Below are positions 26,586 to 38,164 of a stretch of DNA of 64,000 nt, one piece after another. Source of the DNA: Eukaryota sp. GEM-RC1 (Eukaryota); assembly GCA_040285855.1 (NCBI GenBank), contig JAUFOQ010000010.1:620001-684000 (forward strand), read 5' to 3'. The notes under the pieces were generated by a model. It searched no databases, had not been told where the DNA came from, and was given only the letters and a program-made list of their open reading frames with translations. A program made the position numbers and the translations under genes. The number at the start of each line of letters is the position of its first letter. Position 1 is the stretch's first letter.

Positions 26586-26882
26586 CTTCTCTTTACGGGA
26601 TATGGGTTCTATGAACCGGCTAGAATTTCCGATTTCTATCTACATTACAACTCAACTGGTCCTGAAGGCGCTATTGCAATTGCTGAAGCTTTGAAGGTGA
26701 AATCGTTTGTTTCTACGGTTGGTCTAGGTAACAACTCAATTGATGATGAAGGCGCTATTGCAATTGCTGAAGCTTTGAAGGTAAATTCGTCTGTTTCTAC
26801 GATTTATCTACATAGCAACTCAATTAACAGTCAAACACAACAGTCGTTAAAATCACTACACAAGAATAGAATTCATTTCTAA
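26586..26882 (+). CDS. LRR cassette, unit 30 (1 extra module)
   Basis: ORF track 26691-26882, 63 aa = 35 + 28. Confidence 0.6.
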   Translation, partial: LLFTGYGFYEPARISDFYLHYNSTGPEGAIAIAEALKVKSFVSTVGLGNNSIDDEGAIAIAEALKVNSSVSTIYLHSNSINSQTQQSLKSLHKNRIHF

Positions 26883-27499
26883 AGATATTTTCCTCTGATA
26901 TAAAGATCACCCCATTATAAGTCACACATAAACAAATATCAAAGCAGTTTAGCAGTCGATCATACACAGATTGATTTTCAGTTTTACCCGGTAATTAAGA
27001 CTCGTCATATCGAAAAGTTCATTTGCTATTGTTTTCAACAACACCACGTATTAATTGGTATCTGGAAATGATGTAACATTATACTATATGTTTCGAAATA
27101 TTTCGAATCACCGACACAGTGTCTCGCTGTTAACACGGTTGTATTTTTTCTCAAAAAACAGCTTAATTGTCCTTGAGTTGAGTGATGCTTTGATTATTCT
27201 CAGTGATATATAAGATGTACAGTATCCTTTTGTATGTGTTCCATAGATATTTTAGTCATGGTAATTTATTGAATATTGGTCAAAATTAGGTTGTTCGTTA
27301 GATTCTATTTTAGTGATCTGTAATTTTATTGGAAATCTTGTCGCACAATTGTCTTAACATACAAAGTAGGTCTTTGCTTATCTTAAATTGAGTGTGTTAT
27401 CTAACGTTATCTAAGCTTCTTTTTAATAGATTTGTGTTCTATAAACCGGCTAGAATTTCTGACTTCTATCTACATAACAACTCAATTGGTACTGAAGGC
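26883..27499 (+). pseudogene. Diverged terminal array unit, truncated inside its first LRR module
   Basis: Spacer carries many private substitutions. Homology stops abruptly after ...ggtactgaaggc at 27499. Confidence 0.85.
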
Positions 27500-28562
27500 T
27501 TCCGTTGCACTGGATGCGACGTCAACAATTTTGGCAGTAAAGAGTGCTTGCAATGGAAGTTCGTATCCTTCATGGTTTGGACGGGGTGTGGATTCCAACG
27601 GTTTTTCAGTAATTCTTGAACTGCAGGGAGGTCGAGAAGTACCACGCCGTCGGATAGAAGTTGTTGTTTTAGTACTTCTTTCCATTAACAAAGTCAAATG
27701 ATTGATTGTATAGTATTGATGGCAAATGACACAAGTTATTTCATGTTGCGTCACAAGTGTTTACGTGACGTGCGTCACAACGAGACTCACTGATAATTAT
27801 AGGAAATAATTAAGCTTGTAATACTTGTACATATTAAAACATTACTAGAAAGTACATCTACCTAAAAAAATAAACCGATTAGAAGTGAGAAGTTTCAAAT
27901 GTTCCATTTGGATTATGAGGATATTTGTTTGCATATGTATGTTTTTGTAAACAACTTTGACTTTTATAAAACAGAAACAGCCAAAAAAAATCTAGAACTC
28001 AATATCATTGAAGCAACATTCTTTGTCATTGAATTTAACAAAAGATTGTAAAGGAAATACGATTCAACCCTTTTGATCAAACATTTTGTAACTACTTTTT
28101 CAAAGTGAGAGAGAAAACAAAAAACATCATTGTCAAATGTATCTACAGTGTTGTGTTGTTGTTTATCCAGCTACACTAAATGTGTTTGTTTGGAAAAACG
28201 ACTACCATTTTACTTGATGATAATCATGATACTCATTGAAAAGTATGCGAGAATTTGAGTTTTTCCTAATCAACAGTTTTAAAGTCAATTGGGTTATCAC
28301 AAAGAACAATCTCAGTAATCGTACAGTTCCTTCTTAAAGCATCTTTCAAAGCCAAAACACCTTCAGAGCAAAAGAGTTGCCACTTAGATTAATAGTACAG
28401 TAGCAATCAAGGAATTCGTTTACAAAATTTTAGAAAGCGCTACAGTGATGCTGGAGATTAATACTTGTACTTTATACTTAAGCATTGAGGATGTAACTTT
28501 AAAATGTAAAACAAACTTCTAGGTAGTAGTAAAATGCCATACTAAAGAAAAACTTAAGGGCA

Positions 28563-29583
28563 TTACTCAAGTTGTTCTATTCCCACTATTGAAACTCTAC
28601 AATTAACTTTTAACGCCTCTGCCAAAGCTCCAGCACCTTCATCTCCAATCGAGTTGTTCCACAGATTAACACGGGTAAGTGTAGTGTTAACTGTCAACGC
28701 ATTTGCCAAAGCTCTAGCACCCGCATCTCCAGTTTCATTGGAACCTAAATCAAGAATTGCAACTCCAGAATTGATTTGTAAAGCATTTGCCAAAGCTTTA
28801 GTACCTTCACATTCAATGAAATTCACTCTCAGACAGATTCTTGTTACTGTACTATTGACTTTCAATGCATCTGCCAAAGCTATAGCACCATTATATCCAA
28901 AATAGTTGAAACTGAAAACAACACTGGTAACTGTAGTATTAACTTTTAACAGCTCCATCAACAGAAATGGCAGAAGACACATCAACATGAAGCTGCTGAA
29001 GACAGGGAAAGAACAAGAAAGACTTGTTAAGAAACTCCAAGTCATTGTAGTGTTGTATGTTAAATTTCAATCCTAAAATTATATTAGAATAATCAAGATA
29101 ATCTTCAACTTCAAAGGTTTCTTTTACCTCCAAGAAAATAGAAGTTACATGAGCTCCAAATAAAGCAGCAACTGAATATAATTGACAAATTTCTTTAGAT
29201 TCCAGATACAGCGTGTTTGGTTGAAGAAACACCCCAACTGCTTGAAAAGCAGATTCAAAGAAATGACGACTTAAATAGCCAACATTGTTCAAGAATGTAG
29301 GTAGATCTCTCTTTAAAATGAGAAAAGAATAACAAGGTTCGTTATGATTCCTCGTGTTAGAAGTGTTTAGAAGTCGTCGTAACAAGTGAAGATGGATCGA
29401 AATCAACAGAGATTGTTGAAAATGTATGGACTTTTTACTCTTGTCAGGACTTTCCGTGGAAGAGTGGTTGGAGGGTGGAGGAAGAGAAGATGAAGATAGC
29501 TTTGTCCTCCCAGCGGAGAGTGAACATTGATCTGGGTCTTGGAGAGAAGTAGAGGGTTTCGCGTCGTCAAGAGTGGGATTCAT
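28563..29583 (-). pseudogene. Family N-terminal domain plus 4 RI-class LRRs, frameshifted near 28960
   Basis: ORF 28939-29583 has HFQQSLL / VGYLSRHFFES / NDLEFLNKS as in the intact paralogues. LRRs continue in another frame (LMELLKVNTT...). The break may be a real lesion or an assembly indel. More degenerate LRR fragments lie at about 28320-28500. Confidence 0.85.
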
Positions 29584-29799
29584 GATACTTTCGTCGTCAG
29601 AAGGTGGTAAGTTGGGGAGATCTGAGAGTCTCGTTCGGAGGCTTTAGACACAAAGGATTTTGCTATAGAAATCAGTTGAGCAAATGATTTCATTACTTTG
29701 GTGGATTCTGGTTCCTGAGCAGAACTGTTGAATCTAGAAGTTGTTGGATGGATTAGAATGATGATGGTACTGTGAATTGCATTTGTGTTGCATACTACT

Positions 29800-30970
29800 T
29801 AGGGCTGTTAATGGGAGATGGGAGTTTCTCCCACTCCCAACACGTGTTCTCCCACTACCACTCCCACCTCCCACTTGTCATAGGTGAGACTCCCACTCCC
29901 ACTCCCACTCCCAACAAATTCTCCCAACTCCCACCCAACTCCCATTTTTGTATCTTCTAGTACAATGACACTTTACTTTATAAACATAACAATCACTAAC
30001 TCTATCTCTGATTCATGAACAACTCTCTCATCTCCCGACCTTTGAACCATGATTTCAAACAAAGGACTACTTCAATAGAATCACTACTCAAGGAAGCTCG
30101 TAACTTCGTAACAACACACCCTGCCTGAGAAAATAACTGTTCACTTGGAACTGATGAGGCTTGTGTTGTCATAAAGTTCTTAGCATACAATGTATGCGGA
30201 TAGTCGTGAATACCTGTTGAAACACAACACATTTTGTATTTTAAACCAAATTCAGTAATAATTTCTTCCACAGCATCGGCAATGTTGATGGCAGTGTGGT
30301 TTTCTTTCAGGTGCTTAAAACCGTGGACGTACATTGTAAATGTTTAAATTCCAGTCTTCAATACAGTGAACTGTTACCCCATTAAAATGCTTGTTTGTAT
30401 TCGATCTCCATCTATCAATCCTAATAGATACTTTAGAAGAATTACACACATTTTTGAATTTATCTATCAAGTATCCTTTAAATGACTCATAAACATTCAA
30501 CATATCATTTCTTATCGTGGTTCTTTTTGGAATTTTGAAACTGAAAGAGAGGAAACAAATTCAATAAAATCAGGATGTTTAAACAGACCAGAGTTTTCAG
30601 GATCTTCAGATAAATCAAGCGATGACATTGGTTGAAATTTACAGATAAACAACCACGCTCTTTATAAAACGAAAATAAATAAAACAAAACAAAGACAGTA
30701 AAAATGTAATACACCTAGTCCTATTAATATTCTAGAAAAATTATAACTGTATTTGTCTAGCTAGCTTGTTTCTGTTTTAAATTGAAGTTAGAGTTGTGTC
30801 TGTAAATGGGAGATGGGAGATTTTGGGAGTTCCCACCTCCCAACGGAGAGCTCCCACTCCCACTCCCACTCCCAAAAATTGCTACTGAAGCTCCCACTCC
30901 CACTCCCAAGGGTCATGGGAGATGGGAGTTGGGTGGGAGTTGGGAGAAATGGGAGAAATTGACAGCCCTA
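29800..30970 (-). mobile_element. Internally deleted hAT DNA transposon
   Basis: TIRs TAGGGCTGT(T/C)AA and perfect 8-bp TSD ATACTACT (29792-29799, 30971-30978). ACTCCC subterminal repeats. Transposase remnants VSIRIDRW..., HTAINIA and ASSVPSEQLFSQAG...LRASLS (hAT C-terminal dimerisation motif). Confidence 0.95.
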
Positions 30971-33900
30971 ATACTACTAGTAGTACTACTAGTAGTCTGG
31001 TACACTTCCAAATCTGACTTTTCACATTTCTTGGTCTTTCACATTTTCTTGTATCTTGGTTTCTCGTCCTAACTACATCATGAGCTTCACATATAACACA
31101 CTGTCGGTCTCGATGTTGGTTTTAGGACTTTTGGTTTCAATTCATCAAGAGATATGATCTACCGAGCAGTCCTCACTTAATGTATACATCCGCCCGTTTC
31201 CCGCTGAGATGCAGGTGTTTTCTCTGATCCAAACTCACATGGATAAAGTTGAATCTTGATGCTGTACTATTGGTAATGATTACCAAGGTCATCATTTCTT
31301 TATTAGTAGTTCCTATAAACTAAGATGTAGCTGTTTCATCAGTTCAATACAACAGTCTACAAATCAGATACATACCGAATGCTTGTCGAACACTTTACTC
31401 TCTCTTCACATTCCTCACCTCATTCGTCATCATTTAGAGTATATCAAACGACTGACTTGTGGCAGATACTACACCACAGTGTCTCTGGGATCAGTTCTTG
31501 GTCGTATTGTTGTGTCTTCCCTCTAGAGGTGATAGGACCATATGTAGATGTGTATTTTGAATATAGTCTAGGTGCAATCATTTCACTTGCAGATGACTAT
31601 TTGCTTGTCTCATCGAATGATTATTGTGTTCATTTGTATAAAGATGCTTTCCTGATGCATGTTCTTTCGTTTGTACTACTGATTTTGTTGGGTATAATCA
31701 CACCCAATGTAACATGTGTATTACACACTCTACATGTGTTCAAGGTTGTCGATCAGGGGACATTGAATTTATATATACAGATTCCTTAAGAAGTAAAGAC
31801 CTCATTCAAGGAAATATACAGTTCTGTCAAGATTCTAGCAAAAGAAAGAATTTGTCGAGATTCTAGTCTGCTATCAAGAGCAGAGACAGTTTTGTCAAGA
31901 TTGTAGTTGAACAAACACCAATACTTCTGCTCTCGATAACAGAGATGGGCTCACAACCAAAGCAGCATGAGCTTGTCTGTCGTTTGAGGTCGATTCTATC
32001 CACTGGGTATTAGCTGATTTTCGTGTGAAGGAACAAGAAAAAATTACAGTATTGTGAAAAGTAGAAAATGAAATTGTATGGAAATGCTCTTGTGATGAAA
32101 ATGACTGTAGTATGGAATTTGATTGTGAGTCGCACAATTTGTAACAAACCGTTCATGCAGGGGTGGGAAAACAATATTGGTCAATATACTTCAAGTTGTT
32201 CGTTTCGTTGTTTTGCATCAGTTTACAGTGTTTCGCGGCTATGTGCCCACGTCTGATGTAGAAAGTGTAACGAAGAATGCGATGAAAAACTTCGAAGCAG
32301 TAACATCAATTAAATCAAGATTTGAAATGGACTTGTTTTGGGCAAAATTTACATATTTTGGATAGAATTTAAACACAAAATCTAATTATGTACTAATAAT
32401 GAATTACATAAAAACGACAACTTCTAAAACAATAGCGAAGAAATTGTGGAACAGTGAAACACAACCTTCAAATGTTCATCAAACGCGACGTTTAATCAAC
32501 AATGGTTTATTTATCTTAAGAAACGTATCACTGAAACTTTTCAATTCAAGTAGTTAAAGCAACAAACAATGACAAAGTTCCTTCAACATCAGTTTAAAAT
32601 TATTACTTTAAATAACTTATTTTTTTTCTTTGGTATTTAATCACAAGGTCCAGCAATATAACAGACAACACAATTGTCCAAGTACACCTCTCCAAATTTA
32701 AATAATCCAAATTTGCGTACATAAATGGGTGTGAAATTATGGAGGGTTCATTACAGTGGTCTTTTTGGATTTGTTTATCAATAAAGGAGTTTAATTTAAC
32801 TCTATGTCTATTTGGATTATAATCATTTTCTCATGACTGTATAGTGCACCTGTTTATAATATAGATGATATTGATATACAAAACGAAGACAAAGAAGTCT
32901 GGATAAAACATTTAGCATCTAACATTTATACTCAGTAGCAAGTGCTCCAAAAGTGCTTCTGTGTGTGATGATAACACCCATTCTTGAAAAGAAAAATAGT
33001 TGAGTTGCGGACAGAATTGTTAGTGATTGAGAACATAGTTGTACTTCACAAATCGCACTGTGATCTGTGTTCACAAAAGCCAAGCAAAGGTCGGATATCA
33101 CAATTAAATCTATATTGGTTTACTGCTGATGGAGATACAGTTAACATTCACGCCGCTGACCTTATACGAGTAATAAACGAGTTACTTACTAACTCTAAGT
33201 TGTTGAAATTTCATTCCATTGGTGTTAAATGATTTTGCTTCTCTTGACTTGGAATAATCATTGATCTTAAGTTGAGTATTCAAAAATCAATCACAGCCAG
33301 CCAAATGGCTTCAACAATGTAAAGCTAAATGGTTTAAGTCATGAACTGTCACCTGGTTTGCATACGCACTCTTCCTATGTTTCAACGATTACTCGAAAAA
33401 CGCGGCAAGTTTCTTATGGTTGTTAACAGTGATGTGTACACTACTAGGATTGGGCGAATTATCAAATTGAATGAAAAAGCTGTTCTCATCGAAACTATCG
33501 GTCTTGTGTGTAGGCTTAGAAAGTGCTCACATTTGGATTGCTACTGATAGTTTCGTGACTTCGTGTACTCGTGTCCTTTCAAAAAAATGAATGCTAAGAA
33601 ACAACTAATTTATCAATGATGATGAACAAATATTTTTTGAATTACTGTATGTTGATGCATCTACACATCTTCTAAAGTCTACAGCAGTTGATAGTGGAGT
33701 AGCTGGATTGGATGATATATTGAAACACCAGATAAGATACACAAACCATAAACATAGATGAAGATGCTTGCAAATGGCCTCCTGAAGAACTGTTCAAACA
33801 GAAAAAATGAAAGGATGTGTAGAAAATGTTGATAGAAATGCACAACGTGACATGCTAGATATCTAACCATGTGGAACTGAAACTCTAGAAACTACATGTA

Positions 33901-34619
33901 AATCCATTGTAACTTGGTAAAGGTTTTTTCAATCAAAAAATACACAACCACAGAAACCATATGTTGAAGATGGTTCACCTACTGTTTTTCTTGGTGTACA
34001 GTAGATCTATCCACTGAATCTAAGAATGACCTTCTTTCAGAATTTACAAAAGATTGATCCGAATAGTCAAACTGATTTTTAGATGAGATTGCCACTGATT
34101 TTGTATTTGGTTTCAAAAATATAGAAACATAAGATGGTTTAGTAGCTTGATCACCCAATCATTCGTCACAATTCAGTAGTGATCAACAACAATTTTACAC
34201 TGTTACATTGTAAATTATTCTGGTTGACGAGATCAGCAGTTTAGGTTCCAGTAGTATGTCCCCTTTCAACTTGTATCCCAAAAAGAAAGCATTGAAATAC
34301 AGGAAAAATTTGTAAAGAACATTACTTTCTCTACAGAATAGACTCATGGATAAAAAATAGTAAAAAATAGTACTAATGGGGACTAAAACCCTTGAGCAGT
34401 TTATACGAAATCATCGGATGTAACATTGGCAACAATATCTACCGAAATGCACAAATGGTGGTAAAAATCGTATTACCGCAAATAACTAATGTAAAACACA
34501 TACACGTTGCCAAGATCGAATACGAACTTTTGAAATGTTTTGTAACTCAACAGAATTTTTTTACTAAATTAGTACAATTAATTGAGTAAATATACTGAAG
34601 GCCAAAAGGCAATTCCTAT

Positions 34620-35613
34620 GTTCATTTAGTAGCCAATGAATTTCCCCAAAGATTGACTCTAGTCAAAGTAGAATTCAAGAGACAAAGCTAAAGCTACATC
34701 ATTTCCAATACAGTTATTCCGAAGATCGATGTCAATAAGAGTTAAACAAGTAAATTACGATAACTGTCTAAGCATAAGCTATTGGTAATTGAACAAATAA
34801 CTTTCAATGCTTCAGCCAATGCAATTGTCCCTTCAGTTCGAATATAATTCCACCCTAAATGAATTCTAATAACTGTAGTATTTAATCTTAACCACGAACC
34901 TAAAGCTACTGCACCTTTAGGACCAATAATGTTTCTACTGAGATTAATGTCAGTAATAGTAGTATTAAACAACAGTGATTCACTCAATACAATGATTTGG
35001 TGATCAGAATCTGTATCAAAATCATTTTCTTCATCAACAAAGAGGTCCAGATGTTCGGGTTGTGGAAAGAAATAAGGAGAAGAAAAGTTTAAAAAGTTGA
35101 AGTCTGAAGTAAGCTCAATATTCAACTTTAATCCTGAAATCACGTGACTTAATGAGAAAAGAGCTTCAGGGTCGAAGCAGCTGTCCACGTGTAAGAAAAG
35201 AGATCAAACATTTGCATCAAAGAAAGGAGCAAGTGAGAGTAGCTGAGAAAGATGTTTAGAAGCAGAAGCAATCAGAAACGTGTTTGTTTCAAAGAACACT
35301 TGTAGTGATGGAAAATAGAATCAAAGAAACGTTGACTCACGTAATCAAGGTTTTCAAAGAATGAGGGAAGTTCCTTTGTTAAAAGAAGGAAGGAAAAACT
35401 GGGATCCCAAAGGTCTTCCTCAAGAGAAGACGTGAAGATTCGTTTGATGAAGTGATAGTTGACAGGTACAGAAAGAGAGAAGCATTGGCGAGGATCAACA
35501 GAAGAGACCCCAAGATCGTTGTATAGATACAGTATATGTATAGATTCACAAGCTTCGCAGTCTACAAAAGCCTTAGCACAACAAATTGGACATAAAGCAA
35601 AGACAGTGCTCAA
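34620..35613 (-). pseudogene. Degenerate paralogue of the N-terminal-domain + LRR family
   Basis: Fragments LDYVSQRFFDS, ISGLKLNI and NTTITDINLSRNIIGPKGA lie in different frames, with stops and frameshifts. Confidence 0.8.
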
Positions 35614-37635
35614 TTACAGTAGTATTGTTTGATCAAACATAACGGTTTCACATCAATTCACGATTTAGAGAGATGTTGGTTTTTATATGGGTAATTGTCA
35701 GAGTCTCACTACAATGTAGCACACATGCAGTGTTTGGAAAATGTTCGTTCATACTTTTCATCGGGATAGGCTAAATACACACCCCCACGGACGACATTTT
35801 CTTTCTCGCACAACAATTCTTTTCCTTGGTTGCCGTTGTTCTCTCCATCTACTTTCCCTGCAAACATAGACTTTCCTTTATTGATATTGTTATACATTAT
35901 GTTATCTCATCTGTTTCTTTCTTCTTTCCTCTGTAACAGTAATTGCTTATTGTTCTCACTATTTCCTCGTTGTTCTTAGCGGCATTCACTATTTCAGGTT
36001 TTGAACTCGTAAATTGAGATCCTACTTTTCTTCAACAACAGCTTGATAGGTATTCCTAAGTGCCCCTGTGGATGATAGTCATCAGTAAGTAGTCAACAGC
36101 ATGGCTAGGGCTTTTAAGAAACAAGCCTGACACATTTGACGTACCGATAGACATCACTTCTCAAAAAGGAAGTTATCAGCTTTCAATGGAAGACTACAAG
36201 CTTGAATTTAATAAATTGCAACGTACATCATAATTAAAGTCAGTTGTTGTACCTGGTGTATGGACAGTATGATCTGCATGATATAAGACACATTTATCTG
36301 CATCAATAAACCAAACATGTTCTACTCTTTCTGCTAACTTCTCCATGAGTCAAATGTGGGAAGCAGGTGTCACAGGGCAATCTTACAGTAACTAGAGTAT
36401 CACTAAATTTCCGTTGTCTTCTGATCATAGAGCGATAGGTCACAATGTCTGAGCTCTGGGAAAGAGTTGTAATAAAATGGAAGCCAATATATTAATGCTT
36501 GCTGAACACGTTCGCTTAAGTAAACACTACTCCTAAAAGAAAACACAGAGTGTAATGCATTGAGGAAAACATGTACGGGATAGATGGATTGAGATGAGAA
36601 GGAATCAATCAGGGGAAGAATTGTTGTGTCAAGGAAAAATTGACGTCCGTGACCACACGTTGAAAGCACTTTGTTTGGTGTAAGTACTGTAAAATGTGAT
36701 AGTTTTGGTTACAACAACCGAGTTGAACGAATAAAAGCAGAGACGTATTCAAACATTACGTGTCTTAGTATAAACAAAGTATTCTGAAGAGTCATCCTAA
36801 AAGTCAATCTGTAGAATGTGTAAAAGCAGACATGATTTATGGTTTTTTGTTGATATCTAAATGGACTAGAACCTCACCAATGATCACAAAAAGTACAACA
36901 GGGGTTTATGATCAATCAAGGAAATAAATGCTTTTTCAAATAACAACTAAAAGACACCAACTAAAGTTTCTAAACCACAACCCTTCTCTCAAAAATCACT
37001 ACAACACTTAACTAAAGTTGAAACAAAACATCTCTGCACAGAACTAAACAACACAAACGTTGACCTACTCAACCAAAAATTTTCATTGAAAACTTTACCG
37101 TCCTCAAATTTGTATTCTGCTAGCTGTTGGTTTCTCCAAATTTTCTGTTTTCCTTGATTGATCATAAACCCCTGTTGTACTTTTTGTGAAGATAAACAGT
37201 TTTTCCAATCCACAAAAAACAAACAAGACGGAATTATTTACCTTAATACCACTATTCGTTTAGAAAAATCCAAGTCATTTAAGCCATAAAAAACACAACT
37301 TTGACAAAGCATTCATTTAGCTGATTGATCGTAAACCCCCTTTTTCAAATAGACCGGATGTTAACCAAAACAATTCAGTAGTGAATGATGTGTGAAAAAC
37401 ACTAAAATATGAGATGGGCGTCCATCAGTTGTACAACAGATCAAGAAACAAAACAGACATCGAGTTTTCCATATCATTCCATGTTGTAAGTTGTATAGTA
37501 CAAAGTGAATTAGTGAAGAACTCACTACAAACATATGGTCCAAATACTGGGATATGCACAAGATGTTGTTAGGCGTGATGTTCGATTTGTCCTGTCAACG
37601 TTGATATTTTCCTTTTCAGCATTTCTCTACAATCA

Positions 37636-38164
37636 ATGCAACTTATCGTGATCTTTCTTCTTGTTTTGACCATTGTTTGGGCTGATTGCCGTTGCCCAGG
37701 TCGGTGTGGTAGTGGTTTTAGAGGTACTGCTGCCCAATGTTACTGCTATTGTCAAGAAACGGCCAAAGAATTAGATGTTTCTCCCAATGCTCGCTGCACT
37801 TACGTTGCTCATGCACATTTTGTTCCTGGAAGTTGTAGCCTCTGCGACGTTTACATCTCCCCCTCAAGCTGATGGTAGCACCAGTGTCGCCGAAGCTTTC
37901 GAACGATCTTTGTCCGAAGCCATTCTTCCCATTGTTGATGCTAATGCAGATCTCATCTTTCCTCTATACAGATGTAAATGTCCCGGACGGTGTGAAAGTG
38001 GTTATAGAGGATCTTTGAGTCAATGTTCAAAATGGGCACGTGATGAGCGACATCTCTTTGTAAATGAACAATTCAAGATCCATTATTTCCCTAGTGGAGG
38101 TTTTAGTAGAGGTGGTTGTTCTGTGTGTGGAAAGACTGATCCGTGTAAAGAGTTTCCACTTTGA
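37636..38164 (+). CDS. Secreted cysteine-rich protein, copy 1: signal peptide plus two homologous Cys domains separated by a frame break near 37860
   Basis: Hydrophobic leader MQLIVIFLLVLTIVWA. CRCPGRCGSGFRG..QC..GSCSLC lies in 37636-37872 and CKCPGRCESGYRG..QC..GGCSVC in the +1 frame ending at 38164. Confidence 0.8.

Larger units (their letters stand above)
1..27499 (+). repeat. Tandem array of LRR-cassette units: 30 complete units plus 1 truncated, 746+84n bp each; continues off the left edge
   Basis: Cap/stop recurs at 1132, 2718, 3464, 4210, 5376, 6962, 7708, 8453, 9199, 9945, 10691, 11437, 12183, 12929, 13676, 14422, 15168, 15914, 16660, 17406, 18404, 19150, 19896, 20642, 21640, 23058, 24056, 25054, 26052, 26882. 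Spacings are 746 (twice +/-1), 830, 998, 1166, 1418 and 1586 bp. Confidence 0.98.

Noticed and set aside
560..26830. CRISPR-like look: constant palindrome-rich block (CAATTG, AAGCTT, GAATTC) alternating with variable sequence
   Set aside because: The period is exactly 28 codons in an open LRR frame, the variable parts are homologous to each other, no cas genes are present, and the context is eukaryotic.
29772..31072. Pro/Thr-rich ORFs 29772-29960 and 30806-31072, and telomere-like ACTCCC runs
   Set aside because: They are the subterminal repeats of the hAT element.
31000..34600. Short ORFs, including a weakly WD40-like stretch at 31379-31789
   Set aside because: Fragmentary with no convincing motif. 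Probably decayed sequence that I cannot assign.
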